A stretch of 39,351 nucleotides of DNA from Crocinitomicaceae bacterium (GTDB lineage: Bacteria; Bacteroidota; Bacteroidia; Flavobacteriales_D; Crocinitomicaceae): contig JBLHON010000001.1 in NCBI GenBank assembly GCA_047621865.1, positions 1 through 39,351 of the forward strand, read 5' to 3'. The notes beneath the pieces were generated by a model, which made no database searches, was not told the DNA's origin, and saw only the letters and a program-made list of their open reading frames with translations. Below, piece after piece: positions 26,724 through 34,177 of this stretch (position 1 is its first letter; the number at the start of each line of letters is the position of its first letter). The translations under genes and the position numbers were made by a program.

Positions 26724-29567
26724 ATGAAGTATCTAAAAATAGTTTCAGTCATTTTTGCGATAGCAGCTATGACAACGTCAGCACAAGCTCAGCTTTGCAG
26801 CGTTAGTATCTTACCAACGAATCCTGTCATTTTATGTGGCGATTCAGTTTCATTGCAAGCAGTTGGACTTTCTTCTATTCCCGCATTATCTACAGATTTT
26901 AATGGAGGTGCAATTGGAGCAGGTTGGCAAACGTCAGCAACATTGCTTTACAATAACCCATGTGGACCGTCTTTAGATGGTACTCCATCTGCTTGGTTCG
27001 GAAATGTTCCTTTACCGAGAACACTTACCACGAATGACTTCAATGTTACTTGTGGTGGTCTCGTATGTTTCGATCTTGACTTTGCAGGAGATGATGTTCC
27101 TGGTGGAGATTGCGAGGATCCAGATTTAACGAATGAGGGAGTTTTCTTCCGCTATTCGATTGATTTTGGAGCAACTTGGGTTGACATCTTTTATTTTACT
27201 GCAGTAGCTGGATATGCGAATGCATACTACCAATGGGATAATTATTGTTTCTCAATTCCAGCCGCAGCATGGGGGCCAAACACAATGTTCCAATGGGATC
27301 AGCCAAGTGCTTCGAGTAATGTGAATGATCACTGGGGAATTGATAATGTTGTTATCACTCCTTCTGATTGTGCATACTTATACGATTGGGCAAATATCCC
27401 TGGTGGAGATAATCCACAGATTCAGGTTGTATCTCCAATTTCAACTACCTCTTATCCGGTAATGTATTATGATACATTGCTTGTAGATTTTTGTTACGAT
27501 ACTGTAACGGTTATAGTAAATCCATTAGATGCAATTGTTACAACATCTGTAGATCCAATCCTTTGTGGTGGATGTGCTGATTTAAATGTTGGCATGGCTT
27601 TAGATCCTGTGGCAGGCCCATACTCTTATCTTTGGTCTTCAAATGTGGTCGATTCACTTATTGCAAACCCTCAGGTATGTTATGCAAATGGAACGAATAC
27701 CTATGTGGCTACGATATTGAATCTCACGACAGGATGTTCCGCCATAGACTCTGTCACGGTTGGGATAGCCCCACTGGATGCAGTGGTTACTTCTACAATT
27801 GATCCAATTTACTGTGGAGGATGTACAGATTTAGCTGCCTCATTCGTCTCGGATCCTTCTCCAGCGGCATATACATATTTATGGACGCCAAATGTCAGTG
27901 ATACATTAGCTCAAGGCCCAGAAGCCTGCCCTGCTGGAATCGATACGTATGTTGTTGAAATAACAAATACGGCTACAGGCTGTACCGCCATGGATTCAAT
28001 TACGGTTGATGTCCTTCCATTGAGTGCGGACGTCACGGCTGTATCAAATAACTTGCTGTGTGATGAATGTACGGATTTGAATGCTGTTATGCTTTTAGAC
28101 CCCGCACCAGCACCTTACGCCTATTCATGGTCGCCTGTTGTAGATGATCCTTTAATTCAATCGACATTTATCTGTCCAGGAAGTCAAGGAGGTACGTTCA
28201 ATGTAATTGCTACGATTACCAATACAGTTACTGGATGTGTAGCAACTGATTCAACATTGATTCTAGCAGAAACATGCGTCTGTGAATTCCTCACATTTAC
28301 TGCAGATAGCGTTTGTCAGCCTGGAGCTATATTTGACGTCATTGGTACCTATGAGCATGCTCATAGTCCAACAACTGGAACGATCGAAGTTACCGCGACC
28401 AATGCGTCAGGTTCTTACACAACGACAATTGTTCCTCCGTTTACGGACAGTACACTCTTTAATTACTTGATTGCTGGAATTCCAAATGATGGATCGCCAA
28501 CAACAGTAACAATACAATTTACAGATTCATTAATCTGCGTTTCAACCTTAGTAATTATGCCTCCACCACTTCCAACTGTTGTGAGTATTACAGGAGGAGC
28601 TGATTATTGTGATGGATTAACACCTGCAGACGTTATGGTCGAAGTAACTGGAACAGGAACGATAACGATTAACTATACCTTCAATGGTGCTCCTATGACA
28701 ATTACTACAGGAGCTGGCTCAGTTTCACTGGGTAATGCTGAAGGAACATATGTGATCACAGGTATCTCTGATAATTCCTGCTCTAATTTTGCTGCTGGAT
28801 CTGATGTGATTAATGTTTTCCAAGCTGCAACAATTACTGCAGGAGTTGATGTTGAAGTTTGTTATGGTGGGTTATCAGTTCTTAATGGTCAAGGTGGAGT
28901 ATCTTACACATGGGATAACGGCCAAGTGAATGGAGTCCCATTCGTTGCTGGAACAACTACCACGTACACAGTTAATGGAACGGATTTGAACGGCTGTACA
29001 GGAACAGATCAAGTAACGGTCATTGTTCATGAATATCCTGATGCTCCATGGGTATCACCTGATGGCGAAACGTACTGTTTAAATACTGGTTATGCTCCGT
29101 TTATGACAGATGGATCAGGAACGATCTATACTTGGTACTCAGATGCTGGTTTAACAAATGTTATTGGAAGTGGTCCATCTTTGGTTCCAGCTAGTATTGA
29201 AGGAACGAACACATATTACGTGACTCAGACTGAAAATGGTTGTGAAGGTGAAGCAAGTCCAATTGACATCTCATTCGAGAACTGTGAAGGAATCCTTGAG
29301 ATGCCAAACGTAATCACGTTTAATGGCGATTTCACGAATGACTTCTTTACGCCAATTCAAGTTGAAAACATGGTGTCAATGCATACATTAATCGTCAATC
29401 GTTGGGGGAACTTTATCTTTGAAACTGACGACATGCAGATCAACTGGATGGGATTAAATGCATCTGGAACGCCTGTTGAAGAAGGAACGTATTTCTGGAA
29501 GGTGAATTACACTGACATTGCAGGAAACAAAATCCTTGTTCATGGATTTGTAGAAGTTGTAAAATAG
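26724..29567 (+). CDS. Large secreted multidomain protein with T9SS type-B C-terminal domain
   Basis: Signal peptide, then a MAM/laminin-like N-domain (FNGGAIGAGWQ...HWGIDNVVI). Three ~83-aa tandem repeats and Ig-like modules follow. The terminal block is MPNVITFNGDFTNDFFTP..VNRWGNFIFE..W.G.N..G..V.EGTYFWKVNY. Confidence 0.85.
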   Translation: MKYLKIVSVIFAIAAMTTSAQAQLCSVSILPTNPVILCGDSVSLQAVGLSSIPALSTDFNGGAIGAGWQTSATLLYNNPCGPSLDGTPSAWFGNVPLPRTLTTNDFNVTCGGLVCFDLDFAGDDVPGGDCEDPDLTNEGVFFRYSIDFGATWVDIFYFTAVAGYANAYYQWDNYCFSIPAAAWGPNTMFQWDQPSASSNVNDHWGIDNVVITPSDCAYLYDWANIPGGDNPQIQVVSPISTTSYPVMYYDTLLVDFCYDTVTVIVNPLDAIVTTSVDPILCGGCADLNVGMALDPVAGPYSYLWSSNVVDSLIANPQVCYANGTNTYVATILNLTTGCSAIDSVTVGIAPLDAVVTSTIDPIYCGGCTDLAASFVSDPSPAAYTYLWTPNVSDTLAQGPEACPAGIDTYVVEITNTATGCTAMDSITVDVLPLSADVTAVSNNLLCDECTDLNAVMLLDPAPAPYAYSWSPVVDDPLIQSTFICPGSQGGTFNVIATITNTVTGCVATDSTLILAETCVCEFLTFTADSVCQPGAIFDVIGTYEHAHSPTTGTIEVTATNASGSYTTTIVPPFTDSTLFNYLIAGIPNDGSPTTVTIQFTDSLICVSTLVIMPPPLPTVVSITGGADYCDGLTPADVMVEVTGTGTITINYTFNGAPMTITTGAGSVSLGNAEGTYVITGISDNSCSNFAAGSDVINVFQAATITAGVDVEVCYGGLSVLNGQGGVSYTWDNGQVNGVPFVAGTTTTYTVNGTDLNGCTGTDQVTVIVHEYPDAPWVSPDGETYCLNTGYAPFMTDGSGTIYTWYSDAGLTNVIGSGPSLVPASIEGTNTYYVTQTENGCEGEASPIDISFENCEGILEMPNVITFNGDFTNDFFTPIQVENMVSMHTLIVNRWGNFIFETDDMQINWMGLNASGTPVEEGTYFWKVNYTDIAGNKILVHGFVEVVK
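27519..28270 (+). repeat. Three in-frame tandem ~82-83-codon repeats inside the 947-aa protein
   Basis: Units start at 27519, 27768 and 28014. Each reads (N/A/L)PL(D/S)A.VT.....(I/L)(L/Y)C(G/D)(G/E)C.DL.......DP...(P/A)Y.Y.W.P.V.D.L......CP......Y....I.N..TGC.A.DS. Confidence 0.75.
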
Positions 29568-29590
29568 ATTGAACACTATATTTAAATGAA

Positions 29591-29620
29591 AAGAGCCGCT
29601 CAATGAGTGGCTCTTTTTTT
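29591..29620 (+). terminator. Rho-independent terminator (possibly bidirectional) between convergent genes
   Basis: AAGAGCCGCTC-AAT-GAGTGGCTCTT stem with one G-U pair on the plus-strand RNA, followed by TTTTTTT. An A-run precedes it, so it could also act on the convergent HTTM transcript. Confidence 0.8.
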
Positions 29621-29721
29621 ATGCGTTCTATTGTTGTCCGTGCCGAAGATTGCATTGAATCCACTCTCCACCCAAGGAGAAAAGAACATAGAAGCTTACT
29701 TTCTCCTCTTAGGAGGACATC

Positions 29722-31080
29722 TTACCAAACCACGTCAGTAGAATCTACTTCTAAGGCTTTTCCTGCATTTGAAAGAGGAGTAATCCAATCATTAATGCTC
29801 TTATGCTTTTTACGTTCTTCCAATAGATCAGTATTAGGATCGAACATATACGTTGCAGGTAATCCATTGAAGCCAACTTTGATCTTTGCTTTGACCCAGC
29901 AATTTTTAATTCTAAGTTTTTTCCCAATTGATTCTTTCGTGTATTCTGCAAATTGGAGAACCATCTGAGGAGAATGACACATCTGTGTTATCTCATCAGG
30001 ATATAAGAATTTGTTTAGTTCAATTACGTCAAATTGCTTGGTGTCAAGATCGAAGATTGCGAATTCAGCTTCTTCAATTGTGCGATGTTGAATTTTCATT
30101 CTCCAAGCGAATCGTTGTCCTTCTCCCGTCCAATCAGTATATCCTTCCATTCCATAATGTCTCAAGGGAAGGAAGATTTGTATGAGCACATAAACGCCAA
30201 TAAGTGCAACTCCAATTGTTTTGAGAGGCTTGACTTCCTTGAGCTCAGAAGCAGCAGATTTGATGATTTTTCGTTTCATCAAGAATTCCTTTAGCCAAGT
30301 TTGATCCACAAAAAGGAATATGGCAGAGATACTAAAAATTGGAAAAATGTAAATATCATCGAATAAGTAGGCATTACTAAGACTGAATAAGATAATGCCT
30401 ATAATTCCAATTTTTCTAGTCTTAGGGATCCAGAGTAGTGCACCAACAAGCAGATCAAAAAGGAAACCACCATAAGCGATGAAGCTCTGCATCCCAGCTG
30501 ATGCGAGAAATTCTGAGCCTGTTTTATGTGCCTTGATATTGAGGAGCTCCTGAACTGGGTGCATGTCAAACCAATAAGGATTTATTTTTGCAATCGCTCC
30601 AAAGAAGAAAACTACAACTATTTGGAATTGAAGTAAACGATAGTTCCATTGAGGGATGGTTGATCTATGTCGCTTCTTACGAACACTCAGAGCAGCATCA
30701 GCAGGCATAAAAATCATCATAAAAGCAATCAAGCAAACCAGGTAAAGGTGATTGTTGTAAAGCACTTGATCAAGAAAGAAAAAGTAACTGAAGCCAAGTG
30801 CAAAGAACCCCATTGCAAAACGATAGAATAGCCCTAATGTGATTAATATAGCACTAATCATGAGACAGGCCAGTAACACTTTCATAGTATCTAGCTCCAC
30901 TAGAGGAAGATCCATGAATTCGTAAGGAAAGATCACACCACGTGGATAGAAACTGTCAATGATCTTGATATCGTGAATCCTTTTGAGGTCCCACAACAAG
31001 ATTAATCCAAATAGAATTCGAAATATAGCAAGGCCATGTGGCGATTTTGGCTGATTTGCCCAATTCAAAATTTTAGTCAT
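29722..31080 (-). CDS. HTTM-domain protein, homologue of vitamin K-dependent gamma-glutamyl carboxylase
   Basis: The blocks GLAIFRILFGLILLWDL, LDQVLYNNHLYLVCLIAF, IPQWNYRLLQFQIVVVFFFGAIAKINPYW and FAWRMKIQHRT parallel, by eye, the conserved blocks I recall from metazoan GGCX. The protein has multiple TM helices. Confidence 0.85.
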   Translation of the reverse strand: MTKILNWANQPKSPHGLAIFRILFGLILLWDLKRIHDIKIIDSFYPRGVIFPYEFMDLPLVELDTMKVLLACLMISAILITLGLFYRFAMGFFALGFSYFFFLDQVLYNNHLYLVCLIAFMMIFMPADAALSVRKKRHRSTIPQWNYRLLQFQIVVVFFFGAIAKINPYWFDMHPVQELLNIKAHKTGSEFLASAGMQSFIAYGGFLFDLLVGALLWIPKTRKIGIIGIILFSLSNAYLFDDIYIFPIFSISAIFLFVDQTWLKEFLMKRKIIKSAASELKEVKPLKTIGVALIGVYVLIQIFLPLRHYGMEGYTDWTGEGQRFAWRMKIQHRTIEEAEFAIFDLDTKQFDVIELNKFLYPDEITQMCHSPQMVLQFAEYTKESIGKKLRIKNCWVKAKIKVGFNGLPATYMFDPNTDLLEERKKHKSINDWITPLSNAGKALEVDSTDVVW

Positions 31081-31227
31081 CCTTCTTCAGTTATTACCAT
31101 CATGATTTTGATCCTATCTCGACTATTTGGAGACCAATCAGTGCTACAATATAATAGAAACATATAAAATCACGGCCACCAAAGTTGAGCTTCTTACCTC
31201 ACTTGTATGAAAGTAACGATTAATCTT

Positions 31228-31593
31228 CTAGCTTTCTTTTGACCGCGCGTGCTCTAATTTACTCTGAATAGTCCACCCCACAAGAAGTGCACGTTGCTTA
31301 GCAGCTTCTGCTTTTGGTCCTTCAAAATGCTCGTCTACAGTTGTATTGAATAGAGAAAGCCATTGATCAAAATGTTCTTTGTTCAAGCGCATACGCATGT
31401 GCTTTTGAGTGACATCCGTTGTATATCCTGCTTCATCCAGCAGCACAAATGACCAAAAATTCACCATTCTTGGCTTGTGTGCTTCGAAGTTCATTGCTGC
31501 GAAAAATGGTGCTAAAAGAGAATCCACGAGTACCTTTCCATAGAACAAATCAACGAGATTTTGAATATCTTCCTTGGATTGAATGTCTGTCAT
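31228..31593 (-). CDS. Group III truncated haemoglobin
   Basis: 121 aa. DIQNLVDLFYGKVLVDSLLAPFF, FWSFVLLDEAGY, the candidate proximal His in TQKHMRM, and HFDQWLSLFNTTVDEHF all resemble the Ctb-type (group III) trHb pattern. The start overlaps the upstream gene stop (ATGA). Confidence 0.85.
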   Translation of the reverse strand: MTDIQSKEDIQNLVDLFYGKVLVDSLLAPFFAAMNFEAHKPRMVNFWSFVLLDEAGYTTDVTQKHMRMRLNKEHFDQWLSLFNTTVDEHFEGPKAEAAKQRALLVGWTIQSKLEHARSKES

Positions 31594-33233
31594 AATTTTC
31601 GGTGTTTCCAGATAGAACGCAGCAGTAAAAATGCAAAGATTCCAAACGGAATGAAGAAATAATTGTTTTGGGAGTAGTAGGCGAGAAAGTAAGAGGCCAG
31701 CACAAAAAGGGTGAGGATGAATTGTTGGCCGAGTGCATAGATTCGTTTGTCATTCTTTTGAGCATTGACGACCAACTCGCCACGATTTGCTTTTTTTAGA
31801 AAGGTGCTGATTTCAGCAGGCAATGTAAGTAAGGAAGTAAATTGCTGCTTAATTGCATCCAGGATCATTTTTCGAATTCCGCCATCTTTGGTGACCATGT
31901 TCTTGAGATAGGGCTTGATCACATCCATTGGATTCAATTCAGGAGCCACAGTAGCACTCGTTCCCATGATCAATTGAATTGTGCGATCCAGTAGAATCCA
32001 CTCTTTTGGAATTCGAATGGTTTTGGTTAAATCTTTGAGGCTGATTTCCTTGCGAAGATTATCTAAACTGCTCCCTTTGAGGTCGTCAAAACTCAAATCT
32101 TTTAGATTCATATTATTGATCTTCACTTCATTTTGAAGAAACTGACTGAGTGCCGCGATCAATTGTTGAGCAATTTTTTCTGATTCTTCATTGTTTCCAA
32201 TAAAGCCTAAATTCCGTAGTGAAACTAGAATTTTTTCCTGATCCTTTCGAAGAATTGCCTGTAGTAGAATGGGGATTTCAGCGCGCATTTCCTCACTCAA
32301 TACTGCTACAGCACCAAAATCCAGAAGAATGAGTTCACCAGCTTCATTTACAAAAATATTCCCTGGATGTGGATCTGCATGATAGAATCCATCTTCTAAA
32401 ATCATCTTGCAATAGACGAGAATCAATTTTTCAGTCAGCGCAGCTCGGTCAATTTTCCAGGTGTCTAATTGTTGGACATTTGTGATTTTAACGCCCTGTT
32501 CAAAGCTTGTCACTAAAATCCGCCTTGTTGAGTGCTCACTAATAACCTTGGGAATTCGAACGCCATCTATAGAAGCAATGTTTTCGGAAATAACACGCAT
32601 GGATTCGGCCTCCTTCTCGTAATTCAATTCATCCTGAATCATGTCTTTCACTTGCTCATAGACATATTCCATTCCTTGAACTCTGATCACCCACGAAACG
32701 CGCTTTATGAGTTTTTGGATAATCGTTAAATCAGCTTTTGCAAGTTCTTCAATATCCTGATGCTGCACTTTAACGGCTACGTGATCTCCAGAATTCAACA
32801 CAGCATGGTACACCTGACCAATCGAGGCAGAGGCAATAGGTGTTTCATTGAATTCTTTAAAGATTGAAGTAATTGGAGCACCTAATTCTTGTTCAATAAA
32901 TGATTTTGTCTCAGAGAAAGGACTTGCTGGAGCATCATCTTGGAGTGATTCCAGCGTGTCCATATAGGCGTCTGGTAAAATATGTGACAACGTCGAAATC
33001 AGCTGGCCTGCTTTTGTGAATAAGCCCTGTAGTTCTAGAATTGCTGCTTTCACTCGAGCGGCATTCTTGGCGTTCAATTTTCCAATTCTGCGCTCGTAAT
33101 AAGCTTCACCAAAGATTTTTTTTCTTAGGAATAAGAATGAATAACTGAAGAGAAGTTGATTGGTTAGGCGAAACGCTTTTCTCGATCTTTTCCGAACAGA
33201 TGTACGTGCTTTCATACATGCCATTTTCAGCAT
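31590..33233 (-). CDS. ABC1/UbiB-family atypical protein kinase (AarF domain) with C-terminal TM helices
   Basis: PIASASIGQVYHAVL..GDHVAVKVQH, the catalytic HADPHPGNIFV and LLDFG. The hydrophobic C-terminus is FILTLFVLASYFLAYY..FIPFGIFAFLLL. Alternative ATG starts lie 3 and 6 codons downstream. Confidence 0.9.
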   Translation of the reverse strand: MLKMACMKARTSVRKRSRKAFRLTNQLLFSYSFLFLRKKIFGEAYYERRIGKLNAKNAARVKAAILELQGLFTKAGQLISTLSHILPDAYMDTLESLQDDAPASPFSETKSFIEQELGAPITSIFKEFNETPIASASIGQVYHAVLNSGDHVAVKVQHQDIEELAKADLTIIQKLIKRVSWVIRVQGMEYVYEQVKDMIQDELNYEKEAESMRVISENIASIDGVRIPKVISEHSTRRILVTSFEQGVKITNVQQLDTWKIDRAALTEKLILVYCKMILEDGFYHADPHPGNIFVNEAGELILLDFGAVAVLSEEMRAEIPILLQAILRKDQEKILVSLRNLGFIGNNEESEKIAQQLIAALSQFLQNEVKINNMNLKDLSFDDLKGSSLDNLRKEISLKDLTKTIRIPKEWILLDRTIQLIMGTSATVAPELNPMDVIKPYLKNMVTKDGGIRKMILDAIKQQFTSLLTLPAEISTFLKKANRGELVVNAQKNDKRIYALGQQFILTLFVLASYFLAYYSQNNYFFIPFGIFAFLLLRSIWKHRKL

Positions 33234-33357
33234 TGCAAAGTTGCAATAGCATACTTTAAAAGTAAGTTTCAGAGGGGAATATTCCTATCATATTCTCGAC
33301 AAGAAATGTTAATTCAGTGGATCTAATTCCAAGTGATTAAACGGGTGGAAATTTTTC

Positions 33358-34086
33358 CTAGTCCTTCTCACTTACAGCAGGCTCTTCTGGTTCAGCTGTA
33401 GAGGGAGTTTTAGAGAATGAAAATAGCCAATCGTACATATCATCTTTGCGAAATTCGCGCTCCATGCTTCCGTGATTGGCGCCAGCAATTTCTTTGTAGA
33501 TCAGGTTTGAACCTCCATTGCACGCTTTGATTGCCTTAACGATCTTCCGTGATTCAGTAACTGGTACAGGCTTGTCTGCTGTGCCATGTTGAATCCACAA
33601 TGGAACTTCAGCAAGATTACACGCGTCAGTTGATTTTCCGCCACCACATAATGCCACTCCAGCAGCTATTTTAGTTGGATGTTTCCCTGTGAAATGCAAA
33701 GTGCCGTAACCTCCTAAACTCATTCCACACACATACACACGATTTGTATCAGTTGCGTATTGCGCTTGAACATCCTCCAGTAGTTTCAAAAGCTTGTCAG
33801 GATTCCATGAAGAACCAGAGGGAACTTGGGGAGCGATTACAATAGCCGGAATCTGGCGACCTTTTCCGATTTCACAAATAACGCCATAGCTTTTTACTTT
33901 ATTCAGGTCCGTTCCAGATTGACTTCTACCATGAAGAAAGATCAATATTGGTGGGTTCGATTTTAAGATACTATCTGCTGGAAGGTTGATCCAATAATTG
34001 TAGGATGACTTCCCTTTAACAGTTGACAATTGTGCTGAAACCGAAAAGGTAAGCGTTAAAAAAGCGAGAAAGAAAGCAATTTTCAT
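33358..34086 (-). CDS. Secreted alpha/beta-hydrolase (carboxylesterase / PHB-depolymerase-like esterase)
   Basis: Signal peptide MKIAFFLAFLTLTFSVSAQ, an oxyanion region ILIFLHG, the nucleophile elbow GMSLGG, and a late His (GANHGSM). Confidence 0.8.
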   Translation of the reverse strand: MKIAFFLAFLTLTFSVSAQLSTVKGKSSYNYWINLPADSILKSNPPILIFLHGRSQSGTDLNKVKSYGVICEIGKGRQIPAIVIAPQVPSGSSWNPDKLLKLLEDVQAQYATDTNRVYVCGMSLGGYGTLHFTGKHPTKIAAGVALCGGGKSTDACNLAEVPLWIQHGTADKPVPVTESRKIVKAIKACNGGSNLIYKEIAGANHGSMEREFRKDDMYDWLFSFSKTPSTAEPEEPAVSEKD

Positions 34087-34100
34087 TTGTTGAATTTTGA

Positions 34101-34108
34101 CAAAAGTA
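34101..34108 (-). promoter_or_regulatory. Bacteroidota -7 promoter motif (TACTTTTG on the minus strand) for the esterase gene
   Basis: Exact TAnnTTTG match on the minus strand, 14 nt upstream of the ATG at 34086. Confidence 0.4.
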
Positions 34109-34177
34109 GGCGTTATCTCTACACTAATAAGCGAAAAATAGTTAATTGGTACAATTTCTCATGGATTGAGGAGCATG

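Noticed and set aside
29603-29968. 121-aa plus-strand ORF spanning the terminator and the 3' end of the HTTM gene
   Set aside because: It starts inside the terminator hairpin and is antisense to the strongly supported HTTM gene. It has no motifs.
33276-33285. Perfect 10-bp palindrome GGAATATTCC about 45 nt upstream of the UbiB-like gene, as a possible operator
   Set aside because: Perfect 10-bp palindromes are expected dozens of times by chance in a window this size. There is no second half-site or repeat to support it.
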